A DNA stretch of 38,675 nt from an archaeon (GTDB lineage: Archaea > Iainarchaeota > Iainarchaeia > Iainarchaeales > Iainarchaeaceae), in the NCBI GenBank assembly GCA_035289485.1, contig DATDXA010000032.1:1-38675 (forward strand). Reading direction: 5' to 3'. This document shows, in pieces, positions 1 through 7,957 of this stretch. The stretch's first letter is position 1. Each line of letters opens with the position of its first letter. The position numbers were made by a program, and so were the translations under genes. Below the pieces are notes generated by a model that saw only the letters and a list, made by a program, of their open reading frames with translations, searched no databases and was not told where the DNA came from.

Positions 1-870
1 CCCGCCGGCGGCCTCGCTTGGCAGCAGCTTGGCAATTGGGGAGGTTATATAGCCAACCGTAGTGTCCATCCAGACCGTGCCATTCACTGCGGTTACAAGC
101 ACGGAAAAAAGCAAAAATACGATTGCAAAATTAATCCCAACACTCCTGATTTTTTCCCAGCTCTCCTTGCGAAACCACATGAGCGCAGTTGTGAAAATAG
201 CCCATCCTCCCAAAATGAGCGGTATCACAATGAAGCCTCCCCAGCTCCAGCCCATGAATGTGAAGAAAATGGCAGCGAGTACGGAATTGATGGCCGTGTC
301 CCGGTTGAAGTTGCCGCCCTTGACGGCCTTAACGAAGAAATAAAATCCGAATACAAGCCACATGAACCCTATTGCATCTTCCTCATACCAGCCCGCCATG
401 GTCCTGTAAGCAAAAGCAGGCATTGCCGCTGCTAGGACGGCAATTGATGCGCCGAATCTCTTGTTGTACATTTCTTTTCCGAGAAAATATAGGCCGACAC
501 AGGTGATTGCACCGAACAATGCAGGCATGATCTTGATTGCGACTATCCATGCATCCTTGCTGAAAGGCGCATTTAGTGTGAAAAGCTTGAAAAGTAACAC
601 CGTGAAAATCCAGAAAAATGCGATGCCACGTGGTATGGCTGCGCCGCCTTCGCTTGCGAGTTGGTAATATGCCCCTGGATCTACTTGGGGAATTGAAAGG
701 GTCGTTGCGACATATTCTCCAATCCTTGCATGGAAATAAGAGTCAAATTCAAACATCAGGTCATAAACCATTAGTTGGCCCCTTATGCCAAAAGCCAGCA
801 TGAAAAGAAGCAGGACGAAAAAAATCTCTTTTTTGTGGCTTAAAACAAAGGGCTTAATCCGCTCAATCAT
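1..870 (-). CDS. aglB: Oligosaccharyltransferase AglB/STT3, N-terminal transmembrane part (partial; continues beyond the left edge)
   Basis: Not in the ORF track. Manual translation from ATG at 870 stays open to position 1: MIERIKPFVLSHKKEIFFVLLLFMLAFGIRGQLMVYDLMFEFDSYFHARI...MPALFGA...AFAYRTMAGWYEEDAIG...MGWSWGGF. It has STT3 hallmarks EFD(P/S)YFH, R(S/T)xAGxY-acidic-x-acidic and SWGG(Y/F), plus multiple TM helices. The WWDYG motif would lie outside the window. Confidence 0.88.
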   Translation of the reverse strand, partial: MIERIKPFVLSHKKEIFFVLLLFMLAFGIRGQLMVYDLMFEFDSYFHARIGEYVATTLSIPQVDPGAYYQLASEGGAAIPRGIAFFWIFTVLLFKLFTLNAPFSKDAWIVAIKIMPALFGAITCVGLYFLGKEMYNKRFGASIAVLAAAMPAFAYRTMAGWYEEDAIGFMWLVFGFYFFVKAVKGGNFNRDTAINSVLAAIFFTFMGWSWGGFIVIPLILGGWAIFTTALMWFRKESWEKIRSVGINFAIVFLLFSVLVTAVNGTVWMDTTVGYITSPIAKLLPSEAAGG

Positions 871-889
871 TATTGTAAATTAATTCATA

Positions 890-900
890 AGGTTTTTAAG
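890..900 (-). promoter_or_regulatory. Putative archaeal TATA box for aglB (leaderless-type spacing)
   Basis: Minus-strand TTAAAAA at 899-893, about 23 nt upstream of the ATG at 870. Confidence 0.5.
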
Positions 901-980
901 CACGAATTTGACCTGTGGCATCCAATATTGCACCATTTTTTGCCGCATATTGCTTGCCTTGAATAATAATGGCGCCGCAT

Positions 981-997
981 ACCAATAAGCTTTAATT
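981..997 (+). promoter_or_regulatory. Putative BRE-TATA promoter of the Alg14-like gene
   Basis: ACCAATAAGC-TTTAATT about 23 nt upstream of ATG 1020. The same ACCAAW..-TWWA architecture recurs at 2892, 4668, 11180, 25797(-) and 31700. Confidence 0.6.
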
Positions 998-1019
998 GCG
1001 GCGGAGCCGATTTGGTTGT

Positions 1020-1472
1020 ATGCGCCCAAAAATATGCCTCGCCTGCTCTGCTGGGGGGCATCTTTCGGAAATGCGCCAGCTTTCGGGATTTTATTCGGGG
1101 CACGGGCATTTTTTCATAACTTTCAGGCGTGCGGACACCGAGAGCCTTGCGGAGAAGGAAAGGGTTTTCTTCACAGAGCTGCCCGCACGAAACCCGATTG
1201 CAACGGCGAGAAGCTTTCTGCAATGCATTGAAATACTCAGGCGTGAAAAGCCGGACATTGTTGTCTCCACGGGCGCGGATGTCGGGCTCGTGGCATGCAT
1301 CGCTGGCAAAATTCTTGGGAAGAAAATAATTTTCATTGAAAGCTTTTGCAGGCCCCTAAGGCCCGGGATAAGCGGCAGGATTGCGTATTTGTTCTCGGAC
1401 CTGTTCATATACCAATGGAAAGAGCTTGCGAAGTTTTACCCGAAAGGCATTTTTGGCGGCAGCATTTTTTAG
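1020..1472 (+). CDS. Alg14/PssD/Cps14F-like glycosyltransferase acceptor-binding subunit
   Basis: KICLACSAGGHL, RREKPDIVVSTGA, IFIESF..R, S(L/I)SGR and YQW motifs; about 150 aa. The start was moved to ATG 1020. Confidence 0.9.
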   Translation: MRPKICLACSAGGHLSEMRQLSGFYSGHGHFFITFRRADTESLAEKERVFFTELPARNPIATARSFLQCIEILRREKPDIVVSTGADVGLVACIAGKILGKKIIFIESFCRPLRPGISGRIAYLFSDLFIYQWKELAKFYPKGIFGGSIF

Positions 1473-1486
1473 GGGCGAATGGCAAA

Positions 1487-1999
1487 ATGAAAGAACATGC
1501 GAAAATGCAGGGGAAAGAATCCATATTTGTCTCCGTTGGGACTCACCCGCAGCAGTTCGACAGGCTTTTGCGCGGGATTGACGCCCTTGCGGAAAATGGA
1601 AAAATAAACGGGGAAATCTTTGCCCAAACAGGCTACAGTGAATACTCCCCAAAAAACTACAAATTCAAAAAATTCCTCTCACTTGAGGAGTTCGGCGAAA
1701 AGCTTGCGCGCTGCAGCATCTTCATCACCCATGCAGGCGAAGGCAACATAGGGCAGGCAAAAAACCTCGGAAAAAAATTCATCGCAGTGCCGCGCAGCAG
1801 GGAATTTGGCGAGCACACAAATAATCACCAGCTCGAGCTTGCGCAGGTGGTGGAGATAAAAAAGCTCGGGCTAGTGGCATGGGACATGGATGAACTCGCC
1901 AAAAAACTTTCTGAAATAGGAAAATTTGCCCCGGCAAAAGTTGCAAGTGGAAGAATTCCGCAAATTCTTGATGATTTCATCAGGAAGGAATTTTCATGA
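1487..1999 (+). CDS. Alg13/PssE/Cps14G-like glycosyltransferase catalytic (GT28 C-terminal-like) subunit
   Basis: IFVSVGTHPQQFDRL, AQTGYS, ITHAGEG, VPR...GEHTNNHQLE motifs. The start is ATG 1487 or 1505; the ORF-track extension overlaps the previous gene. Confidence 0.9.
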   Translation: MKEHAKMQGKESIFVSVGTHPQQFDRLLRGIDALAENGKINGEIFAQTGYSEYSPKNYKFKKFLSLEEFGEKLARCSIFITHAGEGNIGQAKNLGKKFIAVPRSREFGEHTNNHQLELAQVVEIKKLGLVAWDMDELAKKLSEIGKFAPAKVASGRIPQILDDFIRKEFS

Positions 2000-2871
2000 C
2001 TGGAATTTCCATAGTGGTTGCGACCTACAATAACAGGAAAACGCTTGAAAAAACACTTGGCTCCCTGCTTGCCCAGAAATTCTATGGAAAATTCGAGGTG
2101 ATTGTGGTCAATGACGGCAGCACGGACGGCACAGCGCAATTCCTTGAGTCGTATAAAAAAGGCAAAAAAAATCTTACAGTAATCCACCAGGAAAATCTCG
2201 GCGTGTGCAGGGCGAGGAACATGGGAATTGCGGCGGCAAAATTCAGGATTGTTATCAATATGGACCATGACTGCATTGCGCACAAACACTGGCTTTTGCA
2301 AATGGCACGCGGTTTTGACGGGCCGCTCGTCGGAGTTGTGAGCGCATACGATTATTATGGCGGGACATCCACTGGCTTTCGGAAAGAGCTGCTTGAAAAA
2401 GTCTCCGGCTATGATGAGGAATACAGGTATTACCGCGAGGACACGGACCTCTCATTCAAAATCATGGACCTTGGGTATAAATTCAGGCTAGTGAAGGCAG
2501 GATATGCACACGACCATACGCAGGCAAAGCCGCGTGGCCTTTTTTCCCTGGCAAGGCACGTGATTCAGAGGCTTTATTATCACCAAAATGATGTGCTGCT
2601 TTACAAAAAGCACCCGACCAAAGTGTGCGAGAAGTTCCTGCACATCAAATTTGGATTTATTGTGGACCCGATGCAGGATTTCAGGGTGGCAACCGGCCTT
2701 TGGAAGGAAGGCGGGAGAATGGAGCTTAGCAGCCCACGCGGGATAACTTTTCTCGAAAACAAAACCCCAATGCACACACTTGCAATAATCATAATTGGCA
2801 TCGGATATGTCATTGCCGTGAAAACAAGTAGGCTCATCGGAAGCCTGAGGTTTGGAAAACTGCTCGTGTAA
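1996..2871 (+). CDS. Glycosyltransferase family 2
   Basis: ISIVVATYN, VVNDGSTD, ARNMG, DHD and GYDE..REDTDL motifs; C-terminal hydrophobic segment; ATGA overlap with the upstream gene. Confidence 0.9.
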   Translation: MTGISIVVATYNNRKTLEKTLGSLLAQKFYGKFEVIVVNDGSTDGTAQFLESYKKGKKNLTVIHQENLGVCRARNMGIAAAKFRIVINMDHDCIAHKHWLLQMARGFDGPLVGVVSAYDYYGGTSTGFRKELLEKVSGYDEEYRYYREDTDLSFKIMDLGYKFRLVKAGYAHDHTQAKPRGLFSLARHVIQRLYYHQNDVLLYKKHPTKVCEKFLHIKFGFIVDPMQDFRVATGLWKEGGRMELSSPRGITFLENKTPMHTLAIIIIGIGYVIAVKTSRLIGSLRFGKLLV

Positions 2872-2891
2872 TGCGCAGCTATCGGCATGGT

Positions 2892-2908
2892 ACCAAAAGC
2901 ATTTAATT
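2892..2908 (+). promoter_or_regulatory. Putative BRE-TATA promoter of rmlBA
   Basis: ACCAAAAGC-ATTTAATT about 27 nt upstream of ATG 2935; AGGTGGAG at 2926-2933. Confidence 0.55.
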
Positions 2909-2934
2909 GATTATTCGTCGAATATAGGTGGAGA

Positions 2935-3930
2935 ATGGATATGGACAGGACACTTGTAACCGGGGGATGCGGCTTTATAGGCAGCAACTTTGTGCGCATG
3001 CTTCTTGCGAAAGCCGATATCGAGGTCGTGAACCTTGATTTGCTCACATATGCGGGAAACAAAAATAACCTAAAAGGCGTTGACGGCGCAAAAAATTACA
3101 GCTTTATAAAAGGCGACATCGCGGACAAAAAAACCGTGAAGAAGGCACTTGACGGGGTCGACACCGTGTTCAATTTCGCGGCGGAGAGCCATGTGGACAA
3201 TTCGATAAAGGATGCGGGCGCGTTCGTGCACACCAACGTGGAGGGCACAAGAAACATTGCCCAATGCGCAATGGATGTCGGCGTGAAAAGGCTCGTGCAG
3301 ATAGGGACGGATGAGGTTTATGGCTCGGTTGAAGAGGGCTCCTCAAAGGAAACCGACAGGCTTGAGCCGCGAAACCCATACTCCGCATGCAAGGCCGCAA
3401 GCGATTTGCTCGCGCTCAGCTTCAACACAACGTTCGGCTTTGATGTTGTTGTGACGAGAAGCTCTAACAATTACGGCCCTTACCAGTACCCTGAGAAGGC
3501 CATCCCGCTTTTTATAACAAACCTTATTGAGGGGCAAAAAGTCCCGCTTTATGGGGACGGGAAGAATGTGCGCGACTGGCTCCATGTTGAGGACAATTGC
3601 ACGGGAATTATTACAGCGGCACAAAAGGGAAAGCCCGGAAATATCTACAACATCGGCGGCGGCAATGAGGTGCAGAATGTCGATCTCACACACAAGATTT
3701 TATCGCTGCTTGGAAAGGGGGAGGAAATGATACTCCATGTCGAAGACAGGAAAGGGCATGACAGGAGATATTCGCTTGACTGCTCGAAGATGCGCGCACT
3801 TGGATGGGAGCCGCGCAAAAAATTCGGTGTGGGCCTGCGGGAAACCGTTGATTGGTATGCAAAGAACGAGTGGTGGTGGAAGCCGCTTAAAAAGAAGCAG
3901 GCGATGCAGGCAAAGGGGGGGAAAAAATGA
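2935..3930 (+). CDS. rmlB: dTDP-glucose 4,6-dehydratase
   Basis: GGCGFIG, DLLTYAGN, AAESHVD, TDEVYG, YSACK, NNYGPYQYPEK, RDWLHVED and DRKGHDRRY motifs. Confidence 0.96.
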   Translation: MDMDRTLVTGGCGFIGSNFVRMLLAKADIEVVNLDLLTYAGNKNNLKGVDGAKNYSFIKGDIADKKTVKKALDGVDTVFNFAAESHVDNSIKDAGAFVHTNVEGTRNIAQCAMDVGVKRLVQIGTDEVYGSVEEGSSKETDRLEPRNPYSACKAASDLLALSFNTTFGFDVVVTRSSNNYGPYQYPEKAIPLFITNLIEGQKVPLYGDGKNVRDWLHVEDNCTGIITAAQKGKPGNIYNIGGGNEVQNVDLTHKILSLLGKGEEMILHVEDRKGHDRRYSLDCSKMRALGWEPRKKFGVGLRETVDWYAKNEWWWKPLKKKQAMQAKGGKK

Positions 3931-4652
3931 AGGGCATAATTCTGGCTGGCGGATTTGGGACAAGGTTGCGCCCGCTTACGTTAGTTCTCAACAAACATCT
4001 TCTTCCGGTTTACAACAAGCCGATGATTTACTACCCTATTGAAACATTGAAGAAGGCTGGGATAAAGGAGATTTTGGTTATTACAGGAACCGAGCATGCA
4101 GGAGCCCTATTTGCACTGCTCGGCTCTGGCAAGGACTTTGGCGTGAACTTCACTTTCAGGGTGCAGGATGAGGCCGGAGGGTTGCCGCAGGCTATCGGGC
4201 TTGCGCGGGGGTTTGTGAGCAATGACAAGTTCGTTTCAATCAATGGCGATAACATCCTCTTTGATGACATAGGCCAGTTCGTGAAGGAATTCGGGAATGG
4301 CACGGAAAAATCAAGGATTCTGATTTACGAAACCACAACCGAAGAAGCGAGCAAGGCAGGAGTTGCAGTGCTTGAAGGCGACAAGGTTGTCAAGGTTGTG
4401 GAAAAGCCCAAGGATCCGCCAACGAATTGGGTTGCGGTTGGAGTGTACATGTATACTCCGGAAGTTTTTGATGTGATTAAAACTCTAAAGCCCTCAGCGC
4501 GCGGAGAACTTGAGATATCAGACCTGCACAACTACTACATAAAAAAGGGTTCACTGAAAGCGAGCAAGCTCCAAAAAAAATGGCTTGATGCGGGCTCGTT
4601 TGATGAGCTGCTGCGAGCAAACAGGATTGTCGGGGAAAAGGGAAGAAAATAA
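3927..4652 (+). CDS. rmlA: Glucose-1-phosphate thymidylyltransferase (short form)
   Basis: GIILAGGFGTRLRPLT, KHLLPVYNKPMIYYP, EKP, SARGELEI and WLDAG motifs; ATGA overlap with rmlB. Confidence 0.93.
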   Translation: MKGIILAGGFGTRLRPLTLVLNKHLLPVYNKPMIYYPIETLKKAGIKEILVITGTEHAGALFALLGSGKDFGVNFTFRVQDEAGGLPQAIGLARGFVSNDKFVSINGDNILFDDIGQFVKEFGNGTEKSRILIYETTTEEASKAGVAVLEGDKVVKVVEKPKDPPTNWVAVGVYMYTPEVFDVIKTLKPSARGELEISDLHNYYIKKGSLKASKLQKKWLDAGSFDELLRANRIVGEKGRK

Positions 4653-4773
4653 GAGGCGGGCATATGTACCAAAAAGGCTTTTTAAATCGGAAAACAGAAC
4701 ATTTAAGGTGAAAATTAACAATAGTGAATTTATATACTAAAGTATGCAACAATAATAGTTTGGTGAAAACAAA

Positions 4774-6360
4774 ATGAAAATCCTCATGCTAAGCCCGCCG
4801 TTCCTCTACAGGTTCTCAAGAACAAGCAGAAGCCCTGCCATTTCAAAGGGCGGATGTGTTTACTACCCCATATGGATGGGCTATGCCACGGGAGTTCTTG
4901 AGCAGGCAGGCCATGATGTGAAACTTATTGATGCACCGGCGAACGGAATGACGCAGGATGAGATAGTAAAGCTCGTGAGCGAGTGGAAACCAGAACTGAT
5001 GGTACTTGACAGCGTGACAGCATCTTTCAAGAATGATGTGAAGGTCCTTGATGCGCTCAAGGCGGCAAACCCCGATTCATTTGCAATCATGGTTGGGACG
5101 CACGTAGGCGCGCTTCCGGAAGAGTCAATAAGAGCAAGCGAAAAAATCGATGCTGTTGCGCGCGGAGAATATGATTATATTTTACGGGACCTTGCGGACG
5201 CGCTTGAAAATAGCAAGCCGCTTAGCACTGTAATGGGCCTTACTTACCGCGACAATGGCAAAATAATGTTCACGCCGAATATGCCTCCGCTTGAAACGCC
5301 AGAACTGGATGCGATGCCATTTGCAAGCAAGGTTTACAAAAAGCATCTGCGCATAAACGATTATTTTTACCCCTCAGTTCTCTTTCCGGAAGTCACAATA
5401 ATCACCGGAAGAGGCTGCAAATTCAGGTGCACGTTCTGCAAGTTCCCGCAAACTCTTACGGGCCATAGCTACAGGGCGCGCTCGCCGAAAAATGTTGTTG
5501 ATGAGTTCGAGTGGATTTCAAAAAACCTCCCGGAAGTCAAGGACATCATGATTGAAGATGACACTCTCACGCAGGACAAGGAGAGAATGATTGAGATTGC
5601 AAAAGAAGTCATTGCCCGCGGCCTTAATGTCACATGGACATGCAACGCAAGGGCGGATGTTGATTTGGAGACCATGCAGTGGATGAAAAAGGCGGGCTGC
5701 AGGCTTTTGTGTGTCGGCTTTGAAAGCTCGAATCAGGAAATACTAAACAACATCAAGAAGGGAACTCGCATCGATAAGATTGAGCAGTTCATGAAGGACA
5801 CCAAGAAGGCACAAATCCTCGTGCACGGCTGCTTCATGCTCGGAAACAGGGGCGAGACAAAGCAAACAATAAGAGACACTGTTGAGTGGGCAAAAAAACT
5901 AGACCCCGACACCGCGCAGTTTTTCCCGCTGATGCTCTATCCCGGAACGGAAGCGTACAGGTGGGCATCGGAAAATAATTTTTTGGCAACGCACAACTGG
6001 GATGAGTGGCTAACTCCTGAAGGCACGCACAACACGATTCTCAATACCGATAAGCTTAGCGCAAAAGAGCTTGTTGCGGGATGCGACTGGGCAAGAAAGG
6101 AATTTTACATGAGGCCTTCTTACATCGCAGGAAGGGTCAAGATTGCGCTCACGCAGCCAAGGGAAGCGCGGCGCCTTTTGATGGGCGGAAGGACTTTTTT
6201 GAAATACATTTTGGATATAGAATTCTGGAAGAAGAGCGCGGCAATGAGGCAGGTTAAGGATGAGAAGAATGCCGTGGTTGCGGAATCCGTTGGAAAAGAG
6301 CAAGAGCAGCAGGCAGAAGTTGAAGTTGCGCGCAAGCCAATATTTAAAATCACGCAGTGA
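4774..6360 (+). CDS. Cobalamin-binding radical SAM protein, HpnJ/calditol-synthase-like
   Basis: N-terminal B12-binding-type domain (YYPIW...LIDAP...VGTHV...PEE...RGEYD), CxxxCxxC (GRGCKFRCTFC), PQT..GH.YR.RS, EDDT, WTCNAR, VGFES, NIKKG, HG.F.LG..GET and YPGT. The pattern matches HpnJ as I recall it. Upstream TTTATATA (4729-4736) and GGTGA RBS (4762-4766). Confidence 0.9.
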   Translation: MKILMLSPPFLYRFSRTSRSPAISKGGCVYYPIWMGYATGVLEQAGHDVKLIDAPANGMTQDEIVKLVSEWKPELMVLDSVTASFKNDVKVLDALKAANPDSFAIMVGTHVGALPEESIRASEKIDAVARGEYDYILRDLADALENSKPLSTVMGLTYRDNGKIMFTPNMPPLETPELDAMPFASKVYKKHLRINDYFYPSVLFPEVTIITGRGCKFRCTFCKFPQTLTGHSYRARSPKNVVDEFEWISKNLPEVKDIMIEDDTLTQDKERMIEIAKEVIARGLNVTWTCNARADVDLETMQWMKKAGCRLLCVGFESSNQEILNNIKKGTRIDKIEQFMKDTKKAQILVHGCFMLGNRGETKQTIRDTVEWAKKLDPDTAQFFPLMLYPGTEAYRWASENNFLATHNWDEWLTPEGTHNTILNTDKLSAKELVAGCDWARKEFYMRPSYIAGRVKIALTQPREARRLLMGGRTFLKYILDIEFWKKSAAMRQVKDEKNAVVAESVGKEQEQQAEVEVARKPIFKITQ

Positions 6361-6391
6361 CTATTTGCATCCGGTTTAGGGCTTGATTTTT

Positions 6392-6964
6392 ATGGACAGG
6401 GTAGAGTTCGCTTTGGAGAACCTTGGCGGGAAAATACTTGATGTCGGCTACAGCGTTGGCGGCATCCACCAAAAATTCATTGAAAAGTTCGGCGCGGAAA
6501 ACATTTACGGCGTTGACATTGAAACACGCGAGAACAGCGGGCACTACAAAAGGGCATCGGCCGAGCGCATCCCATTTGACAGCGGCTTTTTTGATTCGAT
6601 TTTTGCAGGGGAGCTAATTGAGCATGTGTACACCCCTGAAATTTTTCTTCGCGAGGCAAACCGCGTGCTCAAAATCGGCGGCGCTCTTGTAATGACAACC
6701 CCAAACCAGAAGAGCATCATAAACCGCATTTTCAGGTCATACCAGACGAAAATACATGTGAGCCTCTTTGATGAGGAGTCGCTTAAGAAAATGCTTGCGC
6801 AAACCGGATTTGCTGTTGAAAAATTTTACTGCCAGCCATATAGCGGCGAGAACTGCTATGGCAGCAGGAACAAGTGGTCATTTGAGGCGAGGGCATTTTT
6901 GCACAAGGTGCTGCCCCGAAGCCTACAGGAACAGATGATAGTGAAGGCTGTGAAAGTGAACTGA
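6392..6964 (+). CDS. Class I SAM-dependent methyltransferase (Methyltransf_11-like)
   Basis: ILDVG, YGVDI, SAERIPF..FD, ELIEHV, RVLK.GG.L...TPN. Start ATG 6392 or TTG 6383. Confidence 0.85.
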   Translation: MDRVEFALENLGGKILDVGYSVGGIHQKFIEKFGAENIYGVDIETRENSGHYKRASAERIPFDSGFFDSIFAGELIEHVYTPEIFLREANRVLKIGGALVMTTPNQKSIINRIFRSYQTKIHVSLFDEESLKKMLAQTGFAVEKFYCQPYSGENCYGSRNKWSFEARAFLHKVLPRSLQEQMIVKAVKVN

Positions 6965-7957
6965 ATGCCTAAAGCGGTTTTAGAAGCGAGCGTCATAATA
7001 CCGGCCTACAACAGCGCATCAACTATTGGTGATTGCATTAAAGCGCTTGCGGAGCAGGATTTTGCGCGAAGGGATTTTGAAATAATTGTTGTAGATGACG
7101 GCTCGAAGGACGGCACTGGCAAGATCTCAAGGGCAGCAGGGGCGAAGGTGATTTCACAGGACAATGCGGGGCCTGCGAAGGCAAGAAACCGTGGCGCGAA
7201 AAGCGCGAGTGGAGAAATACTCGTGTTCACGGACGCGGACTGCGTGCCGCAAAAAAACTGGCTGCGGGAAATGCTTGAGCCATTCAAAAGCATGGAAATT
7301 GCAGGGGTTCAGGGAGCTTACAAAACTAGGCAGAAGTCTCTTACTGCAAGATTTGGGCAGATTGAAATCGAGGAGAGATATGAGAGAATGAAAAAGCGTG
7401 CGCAAAGCCTTGATTGGATTGGAAGCTACTCGGCAGCATACAGGAAAAAAGATTTTTTTGAAGCAGGAGGGTTTGATGAATCCTTCCCCAAGGCATCTGG
7501 CGAGGACCCGGAGCTTAGCTACAAAATGCAGAAAAGCGGCAAGAAACTTGTTTTCAACCAGGATGCGATTGTCTACCACACACATCCTGATACGATGTGG
7601 AAATACCTGCGCACTAAATATTACCGCGCGTTCTACAGGGTAAACCTTTATTCAAAGCACAAGGACAAGATTGCCAGCGATTCATACACGCCGGGAGATT
7701 TGAAACTGCAGGTGTTCATGGCATTTGCCGGAACCGGCGCATTCATTGCAGGATTTGCATTTAGCCAGCCGGTGCTGCTTGCGGCTTCGCTTGCACTTGG
7801 AGTTGTGGGCTTTTTGAGCACATACAGGCTCACGCTCTTTGCATTGAAAAAAGATTTCTGGGCCGGGCTTTTTTCAATTCCTCTAATCCAGCTCAGAAAC
7901 TCGGCATTCATGCTCGGCCTGATTGCGGGCTTTGTGAAACACAAGGTGCTGAAATGA
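6965..7957 (+). CDS. Glycosyltransferase family 2 with C-terminal membrane segments
   Basis: SVIIPAYN, VVDDGSKD, GPAKARNRG, FTDADC and GGFDE..GED motifs; two to three C-terminal TM helices. Confidence 0.92.
   Translation: MPKAVLEASVIIPAYNSASTIGDCIKALAEQDFARRDFEIIVVDDGSKDGTGKISRAAGAKVISQDNAGPAKARNRGAKSASGEILVFTDADCVPQKNWLREMLEPFKSMEIAGVQGAYKTRQKSLTARFGQIEIEERYERMKKRAQSLDWIGSYSAAYRKKDFFEAGGFDESFPKASGEDPELSYKMQKSGKKLVFNQDAIVYHTHPDTMWKYLRTKYYRAFYRVNLYSKHKDKIASDSYTPGDLKLQVFMAFAGTGAFIAGFAFSQPVLLAASLALGVVGFLSTYRLTLFALKKDFWAGLFSIPLIQLRNSAFMLGLIAGFVKHKVLK

Noticed and set aside
62..803. Three plus-strand ORFs in the ORF track at the left edge
   Set aside because: They are shadows of the minus-strand aglB frame, which carries all the recognisable motifs.
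4774..6360. Hopanoid biosynthesis or anaerobic Mg-protoporphyrin cyclase (BchE) function
   Set aside because: No squalene-hopene cyclase or chlorophyll genes are present; the context is purely glycan-related.
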